Shown here: positions 1 to 8,035 of the stretch, in pieces
Layout: each line of letters begins with the position of its first letter
Numbering within the stretch: position 1 is the first letter of the stretch
NCBI GenBank assembly: GCA_037200965.1
Contig: JBBCGK010000001.1
Span: 896,260-960,259, forward strand
Source: a bacterium
Lineage (GTDB): Bacteria; Patescibacteriota; Minisyncoccia; Phycocordibacterales; Phycocordibacteraceae
Direction: 5' to 3'
DNA length: 64,000 bases
Notes under the pieces: generated by a model
The model's database searches: none
Seen by the model: the letters and a program-made list of their open reading frames with translations, nothing else
Told to the model about the DNA's origin: nothing
Position numbers and translations under genes: made by a program

Positions 1-1593
1 CAGATGGGCGCATTGGTACGCGGTGTGAAAGTCGGGCCTTCGCCCGTCTGGCTCCGTGAAGCTCTTGAAGCGGTGGGGCAGCGGTCCATCAATAACATAG
101 TTGATGCGACCAACTACGTGACCCTCGACATGGGCCAGCCGCTCCATGCGTTCGACGCGAAAAAGATCGAGTGGCACGACGGCACCCTCTCGATCCGCAT
201 CCGGGGAACAGCAGCCGGAGAGAACATCACCGTCCTTACGGGCGAAGATTACGTACTTCCCGAGAACACCACCGTCATCGCGGAAGGGACGGCAGGCACG
301 GTGCTCGACATCGCGGGAATCAAAGGCGGCATGGCATCGGCCATTTCCGAAGACACGACCGATCTCTACGTATCCGTCGCGCACTTCGACCCTGTATCGG
401 TGCGCAAGACCGCCCAGGCCCTGAAGCTTTTTACCGACGCGTCGGCGAGGTTCCAAAATAATCCGTCTCCGGAACTCGCGGCGTACGGGATGCGCGCCGT
501 GCTCGATCTTATAGAACAGGTTGCGGGCGGCGAGCTCGTCGGCGTCGTCGATATCTATCCGAATCCGCAGACGCAACTCCCCGTGCAAGTTTCTCTTGCG
601 CGGATCAACGGCCGTCTCGGTTCTTCCTTTACGCTCGCGGAAGTGAAGAATGCTTTTGACCGACTCGGCCTTGCTTGTATCGAAGCCGGAGAAATGCTCA
701 CTGTCACGCCGCCCTTTGAGCGCCGCGATCTCCTGCTCCCCGAAGACCTCGCGGAGGAGGCGGGGCAGGTCCTCGGATACGACCGGGTGCCCGCGGTCGA
801 GCTTCCGGCACTTCCGGGAGCGCCCGATCAGGCGAGGTTCCGCGGCATTTCGAGGATCAAGGATATTCTTGCCGAGCATGGCTATACGGAGATAAGCACG
901 CAGAGCTTTACGCCCACGGGCGATGTGTATCTTGCGAATCCTTTGGACACTACGAAGCCCGTGCTTCGCCCTGGTCTCATCGAAAATATGCAGGACGCGC
1001 TCAAGCGCGCCGCGGTTGCGGCTCCGAGGGTGCTGGGGCCTGCCGACAAGCTGAAACTTTTCGAGATCGGCGCGGTATTTACGAAAGATACCGAGCATCT
1101 GTCGCTCGCGCTTGGGTATGCGCAGCTTTCGGGAAAGAAGTCCGATGCCGTGCTTCCCGGCGCGCTTGATGCGCTCGGTGAACTCCTTGGCGCCATCCCG
1201 GAAAGCGCGGTCAAAAGGGAGGACGGTGCTATCGAAGTCGATCTCTCGGGCTTCGACCTTGCCGCGCTTGGCAAGGACTATGCACCCCGGCCCGTGGGGC
1301 TCGGAACATACCGCCCGTTTTCAATCTATCCGTTCGCGCTTCGCGATATCGCCGTATGGACGCCGCTTGGAACCGAGCAGGACGAAGTCGAGCAGGCGAT
1401 ATTCAAGGAGGCGGGAAGCGAGCTCGCGCGCCTCGACCTTTTCGACCGGTTCGAAAAAGACGGGAAGCTCTCCTATGCCTTCCGTCTTGTCTTCGAGGCG
1501 TTCGACCGCACGCTCACCGACGTCGAGCTCGTCGAGGCGATGGATCGCGTATCAAAAGCGCTTAACGCAAAGGAGGGGTTTTCGGTGCGCTAA
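1..1593 (+). CDS. pheT: Phenylalanine--tRNA ligase beta subunit, C-terminal portion (5' end outside window)
   Basis: ORF runs from the window edge. The translation shows PheT B3/B4 and B5-like and C-terminal anticodon-binding-like regions (FDAKKIEW..., ...FDRFEKDGKLSYAFRLVFEA...). There is no start codon in the window. Confidence 0.85.
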   Translation, partial: QMGALVRGVKVGPSPVWLREALEAVGQRSINNIVDATNYVTLDMGQPLHAFDAKKIEWHDGTLSIRIRGTAAGENITVLTGEDYVLPENTTVIAEGTAGTVLDIAGIKGGMASAISEDTTDLYVSVAHFDPVSVRKTAQALKLFTDASARFQNNPSPELAAYGMRAVLDLIEQVAGGELVGVVDIYPNPQTQLPVQVSLARINGRLGSSFTLAEVKNAFDRLGLACIEAGEMLTVTPPFERRDLLLPEDLAEEAGQVLGYDRVPAVELPALPGAPDQARFRGISRIKDILAEHGYTEISTQSFTPTGDVYLANPLDTTKPVLRPGLIENMQDALKRAAVAAPRVLGPADKLKLFEIGAVFTKDTEHLSLALGYAQLSGKKSDAVLPGALDALGELLGAIPESAVKREDGAIEVDLSGFDLAALGKDYAPRPVGLGTYRPFSIYPFALRDIAVWTPLGTEQDEVEQAIFKEAGSELARLDLFDRFEKDGKLSYAFRLVFEAFDRTLTDVELVEAMDRVSKALNAKEGFSVR

Positions 1594-1612
1594 TCAGGAA
1601 AGACAAAAGCCG

Positions 1613-1668
1613 CCCGTGAGAGCGAGACGAGCAACCTTTGCCCGTCGCCTCTCCGGCGGCTACGTTTC
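1613..1668. terminator. GC-rich imperfect hairpin between convergent pheT (+) and a minus-strand gene; T-rich flanks on both strands
   Basis: gccgcccgtgagagcgagacg ... cgtcgcctctccggcggc can pair imperfectly. TTTCTT follows on the plus strand and CTTTTGTCTTT on the minus strand. Confidence 0.3.
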
Positions 1669-2007
1669 TTCGGGATAGTAATGAAGCCAGACGAGCACGA
1701 GCGCGACGGTGACTTCTTCGACCTCGAACCCGCGGAGCGTGTTCCTCGGAATCTCGATCAGATCGTTCGGTCCATAAGGCGTTCTGGTTGTTCCGGAAAG
1801 CACCCATCCCCGTCCCTCGAGAATTCGATATTCCGAGCATGGGTTCATAGAACCACATTTCCGGTAGATTCCTGTCCCAAACTTGGCCATCTCCATGATC
1901 GAACCGTTGGCATATGGACCGCCGATCTCGCATGCCCAGAAGACCGCGCCATCCTTAGCGACGAGTGATTGCCACGGCAGCCCGACGAAAATATCTTTCA
2001 CGTCCAC
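1660..2007 (-). CDS. Hypothetical protein, possibly cupin-like beta-barrel (start uncertain: GTG at 2007 or ATG at 2109)
   Basis: Minus-strand ORF. A GTG sits 8 nt after an AGGCGAGGAG SD-like sequence directly after the stop of the upstream small gene. Sequence ...CSEYRILEGRGWVLSGTTRTPYGPNDLIEIPRNTLRGFEV... is loosely cupin-like. Confidence 0.35.
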   Translation of the reverse strand: MDVKDIFVGLPWQSLVAKDGAVFWACEIGGPYANGSIMEMAKFGTGIYRKCGSMNPCSEYRILEGRGWVLSGTTRTPYGPNDLIEIPRNTLRGFEVEEVTVALVLVWLHYYPEET

Positions 2008-2032
2008 GGATAGAACTCCTCGCCTTTTTGGA

Positions 2033-2230
2033 TTATTGCCGGATTTCGGAAGCGCGGCTCCGGCGAAGTTCCGCCTTGAGGCGTTTGATCCGTCTCCGGT
2101 CGGTTTCATCGAGCCGCCGTATTGCCACGACCCGAGGGACATCCGCGGGGATATCGCCCCGCTCGTATGCTGCCGTGACGAGTTGTTCGATGTCGTCATT
2201 AAGCCGCGAGCGCGGCGTACCCTTTTTCAT
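2033..2230 (-). CDS. Small (65 aa) basic protein, possible ribbon-helix-helix DNA-binding protein
   Basis: ATG at 2230 is preceded by AGGAGA 6 nt upstream. Sequence MKKGTPRSRLNDDIEQLVTAAYERGDIPADV... has an RHH-like N-terminal strand and helix. It is immediately upstream of, and possibly overlapping, the cupin-like ORF. Confidence 0.4.
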   Translation of the reverse strand: MKKGTPRSRLNDDIEQLVTAAYERGDIPADVPRVVAIRRLDETDRRRIKRLKAELRRSRASEIRQ

Positions 2231-2369
2231 TGATATTCTCCTGTTGGGTTCAAAGCCTATCTTAGACATTACCTGTTTATATACATAAGTCAAGTGTTAC
2301 GGAAGCGGCGGAACAAACATTTTACCTACAAACAAGTCTTCACTTCGTGATACAATAAGCCTAAGAATC

Positions 2370-4424
2370 ATGGCGAAGGCAGAGGCAAAAACACCCGCAA
2401 AAGCGAAGGCGTACGATGCGTCGGCCATTACCGTGCTCGAGGGCCTCGAGCCGGTCCGGAAGCGCCCGGGAATGTACATCGGGACCACGGGTCCCGACGG
2501 CCTCCACCACCTCATCTGGGAGATTTTCGACAACTCCCGCGACGAGGCCATGGGCGGGCACGCGAACGACATCGAAGTCGCTCTTCTTCCGGACGGCTAT
2601 GTGCGCGTAGCGGACAACGGACGCGGCATCCCGGTAGGGATACACCCAAAGACGAAGGTCTCGGCGCTTGAAACCATCATGACGACGCTCCATGCCGGAG
2701 GAAAGTTCGGCGGGGACGACAGCGGGTACAAGGTCTCGGGCGGGCTTCACGGCGTGGGCGCCTCCGTCGTAAACGCGCTTTCGGTGCATACGATGGCAAC
2801 CGTGCACCAGGACGGCGGTATCCACATGCAGGAGTACGCGATCGGAAAGCCCAAGGGGAAGGTAAAGCAAATCGGGAAGACCAAGGAGCGCGGCACGATC
2901 ATCAAATTCAAGGCCGACGATACGATATTCAAGGACGGCATCAACTGGAACTGGGACAAGATCGTCGCGCACCTGCGCCAGCAGGCATATCTCGTGAAGG
3001 CGGTGCGCATCTCGATCATCGACGCGCGCGGGGCGGGGAAGATCGACGACGAAAGCGTCTTCTATCTCCGGGATCTCAAGCTCGAAGTTCCGTCGATGTC
3101 CTTCTATTTCGAGGGAGGCCTTAAGTCGCTCGTCGCTTTCTATAACAAGCACCAGAAGCCGGTGCATCCTCATATTTTCTACGCAGAGCACGAAGCGGAC
3201 GGGGTCGCGGTCGAAGTCGCGCTCCAGTACGTCGACGACATCACCCCGCGGCTTACCGCATTCGCGAACAATACGTACAACGCCGAAGGCGGTACGCACG
3301 TGACGGGCTTTAAGACCGCGCTTACGCGTACCCTCAACTCATACGGCCGCACCGCGGGCATTCTCAAGGAAAGCGAGGAGAACTTCACGGGCGACGATGC
3401 GCTTGAAGGAATCACGGCAGTGATTTCGGTGAAGCTGCCGGAAATCCAGTTCGAGGGTCAGACGAAGGGCAAGCTCGGCTCGGTCGAGGCGCAGGGCGCG
3501 GTCGCAAGCGTATTCGGCTCCGCTTTTTCAACCTATCTTGAAGAGAATCCCGACGACGGGCGGGCGATCGTAAACAAGGTGCTGCTGGCACTCAAGGCCC
3601 GCAAGGCCGCGAAAGCCGCCAAAGACTCGGTGCTCCGCAAAGGCGCGCTTGAAGGCATGACGCTTCCGGGGAAGCTCTCGGACTGCCAGGTGAAGGACCC
3701 GGCGGAAGCCGAGCTCTTCATCGTCGAGGGAGATTCGGCAGGCGGCTCGGCGAAGATGGGCAGGGACCGCAGGACCCAGGCGATCCTCCCGCTTCGCGGC
3801 AAGATCCTCAACGTCGAGCGCCGCATCGACCGCATGCTCGAGTCGGACTCCATCCGCTCCATCGTCATCGCGCTTGGTGCCGCGATCGGCGACGTGTTCG
3901 ACCTTTCGAAGCTCCGCTACCACAAGATCATCGTCGCGACCGATGCGGACGTCGACGGCGCCCATATCCGCACGCTCCTCCTCACTCTCTTTTATCGCCA
4001 TTTCCGTCCGGTGATCGACGGCGGCTTCATCTACATCGCCCAGCCCCCGCTTTATAAGATCAAGAGGGGAAAGGAAGTATTTTATGCGTATTCGGACGAG
4101 GAAAAGAATAAGATTCTCGGGAAGGATGCCGCGCTCGCGGAAGAAATACAGGACGTAAGCGGAGAGGAGGACAGCGCGGGAGAGGAGGCAAGTGCTAAGA
4201 GGACCCCGAAGATTTCCATACAGCGCTATAAGGGCCTTGGCGAAATGAATCCCGAGGAGCTCAAAGAAACGACGATGGATGCCGGGAAGCGGGTCCTCAA
4301 GCAGGTCATGGTCGAGGACGCGCAGGAAGCGGACCGCATCTTCGATATTCTTATGGGCAAGGACGTTGCGAGCCGTAAGTCCTTCATACAGTCGAACGCG
4401 AAGCTCGCGAATCTGGATATATAA
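2370..4424 (+). CDS. gyrB: DNA gyrase subunit B
   Basis: 684 aa. GHKL ATPase motifs (GLHHLIWEIFDNSRDEAM, DNGRGIP, GLHGVGASVVNALS), a TOPRIM region (EGDSAGGS) and a C-terminal GyrB tail are present. Confidence 0.95.
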   Translation: MAKAEAKTPAKAKAYDASAITVLEGLEPVRKRPGMYIGTTGPDGLHHLIWEIFDNSRDEAMGGHANDIEVALLPDGYVRVADNGRGIPVGIHPKTKVSALETIMTTLHAGGKFGGDDSGYKVSGGLHGVGASVVNALSVHTMATVHQDGGIHMQEYAIGKPKGKVKQIGKTKERGTIIKFKADDTIFKDGINWNWDKIVAHLRQQAYLVKAVRISIIDARGAGKIDDESVFYLRDLKLEVPSMSFYFEGGLKSLVAFYNKHQKPVHPHIFYAEHEADGVAVEVALQYVDDITPRLTAFANNTYNAEGGTHVTGFKTALTRTLNSYGRTAGILKESEENFTGDDALEGITAVISVKLPEIQFEGQTKGKLGSVEAQGAVASVFGSAFSTYLEENPDDGRAIVNKVLLALKARKAAKAAKDSVLRKGALEGMTLPGKLSDCQVKDPAEAELFIVEGDSAGGSAKMGRDRRTQAILPLRGKILNVERRIDRMLESDSIRSIVIALGAAIGDVFDLSKLRYHKIIVATDADVDGAHIRTLLLTLFYRHFRPVIDGGFIYIAQPPLYKIKRGKEVFYAYSDEEKNKILGKDAALAEEIQDVSGEEDSAGEEASAKRTPKISIQRYKGLGEMNPEELKETTMDAGKRVLKQVMVEDAQEADRIFDILMGKDVASRKSFIQSNAKLANLDI

Positions 4425-4427
4425 AGA

Positions 4428-4458
4428 CAAATGCCGGGCGTTGCCACCCGGCATTTAA
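4428..4458. terminator. Bidirectional intrinsic terminator between gyrB (+) and the minus-strand gene 4474..5010
   Basis: Perfect 10-bp stem aaatgccggg/cccggcattt with an 8-nt loop. An A/T-rich flank lies on both sides. Confidence 0.55.
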
Positions 4459-4473
4459 CTCCCCGCTTTGAAC

Positions 4474-5010
4474 CTAGAGACTGAGGAAGATCTCCTTGCT
4501 CAGGCGAATGAGTTCCGCGTCCGGTTGCCGAAGCGTGTTTCTGTAAAATGCGGTAAGTTCTTCCCGGGTGAGATTTCGTCCCGGAGAACGACGTGTCAGC
4601 GCATTCGCGCACTGCCAACCGTCTTTTGGGTGCACGCCATTTCCCTCGTGACAGAAAAGGATCACGCTTTCAAGTGCCCATTTCGAGAGCTCGAAATACG
4701 TTCCAATTCCCGCGATTCGCGCAGCGGCGCACCTTGCTCCCGGACGAAAGTGTTGCTGAGCATATCCAGACCATTCGGTGAGGTTCCTGCCAATGACGGA
4801 GTCGATGTCGGGGGGATCGAATTTGTTTATGTTCCCGAATACAAGCATTGCCCGAATGCATTCCTCCATGACGTGTGCCCATATGTCCGTTCCGGGCTCT
4901 TCTGGACCGACGCTGGTGAGGAAATCTTCAAGAGCAGTTTTCTGTTCCGGCCATGTATGTTCGGCGCGGAAATACTCCAGCAAAGCGGACGCATTTTTGC
5001 AGTCAGACAT
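4474..5010 (-). CDS. Hypothetical protein (178 aa), lower GC than neighbours
   Basis: Clean minus-strand ORF between two terminators. Local GC is about 52% against about 62% nearby. No family recognised. Confidence 0.5.
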   Translation of the reverse strand: MSDCKNASALLEYFRAEHTWPEQKTALEDFLTSVGPEEPGTDIWAHVMEECIRAMLVFGNINKFDPPDIDSVIGRNLTEWSGYAQQHFRPGARCAAARIAGIGTYFELSKWALESVILFCHEGNGVHPKDGWQCANALTRRSPGRNLTREELTAFYRNTLRQPDAELIRLSKEIFLSL

Positions 5011-5082
5011 TTTCTCTCTCCGTGCGTTGGGTTGTCAGGATATTGATGGAACCAGATAACTATTTGCATCGTACATTCGGCA

Positions 5083-5130
5083 ACCGGGAAAAACAAGAGA
5101 ACCGCCCGCAATCCTTGCTTGCGGGCGGCG
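5083..5130 (-). terminator. Intrinsic terminator downstream of the CARDB gene (minus strand)
   Basis: 10-bp stem ccgcccgcaa/ttgcgggcgg, followed on the minus strand by TTCTCTTGTTTTT. Confidence 0.55.
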
Positions 5131-5146
5131 CCTTTCTTGTGAAATC

Positions 5147-5941
5147 TTAATCTCTGATCTCAATCGAAGCCGAAGCGTAGTTATTGCTTTCGTCGGACTC
5201 GCTCACGTCCTTGTCGGGGTCGAGCGTGACCGAGAAGCTCTGGTCGCCGGTCTTCGCTTCGCCATCGTCGAGATGGAGCATGAAGTCGATATGGTCGCCG
5301 GGATTGAGGGAAACCTGGGTAGGGGAGCTGAAGGTATAGCTCTGCTTGGTCGGGAGCTTGGCTTCGAAGTCCCAGGTGCCGGAGACATTCGTGCCGCGGT
5401 TAACGACCGAGAACTTGACCGCGAAGCGGCGGTTATCCGGAACGCTCGAACTCAGGACGAACGCCGCGTCGCTGCTGTCGTTACTGGGAAGGTAGCCGAC
5501 GACGAGATTCGTGACCGTGAGGTCAGGGAGGCCTGTGAACGAGCCGCTGCGGACCGCGGTGCCCGTGCCCGGTATTACGTATGCGTTATTCGCAGGCGCG
5601 CCCGCGGACGGGGTCGGCGCGACGGTCGCCGTAACCGAAGAGGTCGTCGTGGTCGTTGCGGGGATCACGACCGTGGTATTTACGGTCGTGGTGCTTGCAG
5701 CAGGGGTTCCAAACGGAACGACGGTGCCGGAGTTCACGACCTCAAGCGTGCTTTCCTTGGCGGGAACGAATACGGAAGAGAGCGAAACGGCCGCCTGGCC
5801 GATGCCGGAAATCGCGGCAGGGATATAGCGCGCCGTATAGACGGCGAGCGTCATGCCGATAAAGAGAAGCGCGATGAAGCCGACGACGGCGAGGGCCCGA
5901 ATGGCCGCCTGGCGGTTGTGGATCTGGGTTTCAGTATTCAT
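5147..5941 (-). CDS. Membrane-anchored surface protein with C-terminal CARDB-like domain
   Basis: Start taken at MNTETQIHNRQAAIRALAVVGFIALLF, which holds an N-terminal TM helix. A Thr/Ser-rich linker follows. The C-terminus (LPDLTVTNLVVGY...FAVKFSVVNRGTNVSGTWDFEAKL...SLNPGDHIDFMLHLD) is typical of a CARDB fold. The ORF is open further upstream to 6127. Confidence 0.65.
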   Translation of the reverse strand: MNTETQIHNRQAAIRALAVVGFIALLFIGMTLAVYTARYIPAAISGIGQAAVSLSSVFVPAKESTLEVVNSGTVVPFGTPAASTTTVNTTVVIPATTTTTSSVTATVAPTPSAGAPANNAYVIPGTGTAVRSGSFTGLPDLTVTNLVVGYLPSNDSSDAAFVLSSSVPDNRRFAVKFSVVNRGTNVSGTWDFEAKLPTKQSYTFSSPTQVSLNPGDHIDFMLHLDDGEAKTGDQSFSVTLDPDKDVSESDESNNYASASIEIRD

Positions 5942-6069
5942 AGGGATATGGATATATCTAACATGGCCCATTTTATTTGTCAATAGCCTCTTGTCAAGTT
6001 TTGTTCTTTGGGGCCTTATGCGACCTCTTGACAGGATCATTCTTATAGTGTAAATATGAGCAAGACTAT

Positions 6070-6753
6070 ATGAACGCAGTCGATAACGCAGTGCGGCTCG
6101 CGAGGGCCGCCAAAAGGGCGTACGCACGAAAGTGGGCCTTCGGAGGCCTGACTTTTATTGCATTCCTTCTTTCCGTTACGACGCTTGCGCATCTTGACCT
6201 CTTGCCTGAAGCGGCCGCGCCGCAGACGGCATCCGCCGGATCGGCGCCCGCAGTCGCCATGGATGTTTCGGGCGTTGTTTCCGCTCCGACTATACCGCAG
6301 TCCGCTGAGCTTCCCGTGAAGATCGAGGTGCCGTCGATCAGGCTGTCCGCGAAGATCGCGAATCCGTCTTCGACCGATATCGAAACGCTCGACCATGCGC
6401 TTCTTGGCGGAGCGGTCAGGTACCCGACGTCGGCGAAGCTTGGCGAAGCCGGGAACGTGATACTCTTCGGCCACTCAAGCTATCTGCCGGTCGTGAGCAA
6501 CCAGGCGTTCAAGACGTTCGACGGCATACAGAACCTTGAGAAAGGAGACCGCATCATCGTATCTTCAGGCACGAGGGCGTACGCCTATGCGGTAGCAGGC
6601 GTGTCGAAGCAGAGCGCGGCATCCGACGCCGGAATCGCCCTGACCTCGACCGGCCATACGCTTACGCTCGCCACGTGCGACTCGTTCGGAGAAAAGACCG
6701 ACCGGTTCGTCGTGACCGCAGAACTTGTCGAGAGCTATCCGCTCGTCCCCTAG
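6070..6753 (+). CDS. Sortase family transpeptidase
   Basis: N-terminal TM segment; catalytic motifs LFGHSSY and TLATCDSF (the TLxTC Cys). Confidence 0.8.
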   Translation: MNAVDNAVRLARAAKRAYARKWAFGGLTFIAFLLSVTTLAHLDLLPEAAAPQTASAGSAPAVAMDVSGVVSAPTIPQSAELPVKIEVPSIRLSAKIANPSSTDIETLDHALLGGAVRYPTSAKLGEAGNVILFGHSSYLPVVSNQAFKTFDGIQNLEKGDRIIVSSGTRAYAYAVAGVSKQSAASDAGIALTSTGHTLTLATCDSFGEKTDRFVVTAELVESYPLVP

Positions 6754-6882
6754 GGGGCGGCCGGATAGCTCTCTGCAAACTTTCCGCAAGGGAAGCGCAG
6801 AGGCGAAGAAATTCGTTCTTTGTAACCGTGAGTCAGTAATAACCCTAGAGCCGCGTGAGCGCGGCAGATCGGAGAACAGGCG

Positions 6883-7974
6883 ATGCGTAGAATTCTCATC
6901 GCCGGTGTCGTGCTCGCCCTCTTGGCGATTATCGGCATCGGTCTCTACAACTTCTTCTCGGCGAGTTCGGCCTCTCCGGCGAAGTCGCCGGTGTGCGCTG
7001 TGACGCTTAGCGAGCGTCACAGCATGGGATGGAAATATCCTGGCGCTGACCCGTTGGTCGAGCGCAAGGGAACCCATTCCGAGCGGCTTGCGAAGGCTCG
7101 CACCTTTGACCGTTGTTCGATGGAGCGCGCCGGAATCCCTGCGAAGGTGATCGACGCGTTCCTGAAGGCAATGGCGAAGCCTGGCGTGCATAAGTCCATC
7201 AAGGACGGCGTGCGCTACGATTTCGTCTCAAGCCGCGGCCCTACAGTCACGAAGAATGTCACGACGCGGTTCGGCCGCGGCGTTCCTCTCAAAAGTGAGA
7301 AGCGCTCCGCTACCGAATATGTCGTGGTCGTCGACGGGGTAACCTGGATCGCCGACCGTTTTGACTGGTGCATGAATCTCGGCGTGCGCCATGTGCGCAA
7401 GCCGAAGAAGCATCATCCGCCGAAGCGTCACCAGCCCCCTCCGCCCGTAAAGGTCACGGAAGAGCGCTGCTACCGCATGCCGTACGACTATCGGACGACG
7501 ACGGGCGAAAACGGGAAACCTCTTCCCGCGATCGACGTCTCGGACGGCTTCGTGCATCATCAGATCTACGTCAAGGATCTGACGAGCGAGGTTATGGCCG
7601 AGCTCATCAGCGATCCGTGCACGTACATGCACGACGAAACCGGCGACTACCGGCTCGAGCTCGGCTGCGACTGCGCCCGCGGCGGCTATCCGTCGCCCGA
7701 AGTGGCCGAGAGGAACGATCTCCCGGCGCAAAGGCCCGAAGCGGTGGCGCACGTGAAAGGGAGGGGCTTGGTCGGCTACTACTCGTATCCGATCGACTTC
7801 AACCGCTCCACGCTCTACTGCGTGCGGACCAACGGGTACCATCTCGAGACCCGGGGGTTCGAAGCGTTCATGGCGTTCTCGCGTTTTGAGATCGTGTCCA
7901 GGACCGCGGTGGCTGAAACCCGGCAGGCGGGCCAGCTCAGCTGGGCCGTCACCGGTTCCGGAAAGACCCTCTGA
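6883..7974 (+). CDS. Hypothetical membrane-anchored protein (363 aa)
   Basis: GGAGAACAGG SD-like sequence upstream. N-terminal TM helix (ILIAGVVLALLAIIGIGLY) and a Pro/His/Lys-rich low-complexity segment. The antisense ORF 7228..8331 is judged a GC shadow. Confidence 0.5.
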   Translation: MRRILIAGVVLALLAIIGIGLYNFFSASSASPAKSPVCAVTLSERHSMGWKYPGADPLVERKGTHSERLAKARTFDRCSMERAGIPAKVIDAFLKAMAKPGVHKSIKDGVRYDFVSSRGPTVTKNVTTRFGRGVPLKSEKRSATEYVVVVDGVTWIADRFDWCMNLGVRHVRKPKKHHPPKRHQPPPPVKVTEERCYRMPYDYRTTTGENGKPLPAIDVSDGFVHHQIYVKDLTSEVMAELISDPCTYMHDETGDYRLELGCDCARGGYPSPEVAERNDLPAQRPEAVAHVKGRGLVGYYSYPIDFNRSTLYCVRTNGYHLETRGFEAFMAFSRFEIVSRTAVAETRQAGQLSWAVTGSGKTL

Positions 7975-7989
7975 CCCAAAGCCGTACGC

Positions 7990-8018
7990 TTGACAACAAG
8001 GCGACGGCAGTGTAATCT
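7990..8018 (+). promoter_or_regulatory. Candidate sigma70-type promoter for the large surface-protein gene
   Basis: TTGACA (7990-7995), a 17-nt spacer, then TAATCT (8013-8018). A nested palindrome gtgccacggcac lies just downstream. Confidence 0.4.
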
Positions 8019-8035
8019 TTTGAGAGCGGGGAATC

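Noticed and set aside
2821-2830. DnaA-box-like GTATCCACA inside gyrB
   Set aside because: It lies within conserved coding sequence with no cluster of boxes. A single 8/9 match in coding DNA is likely chance.
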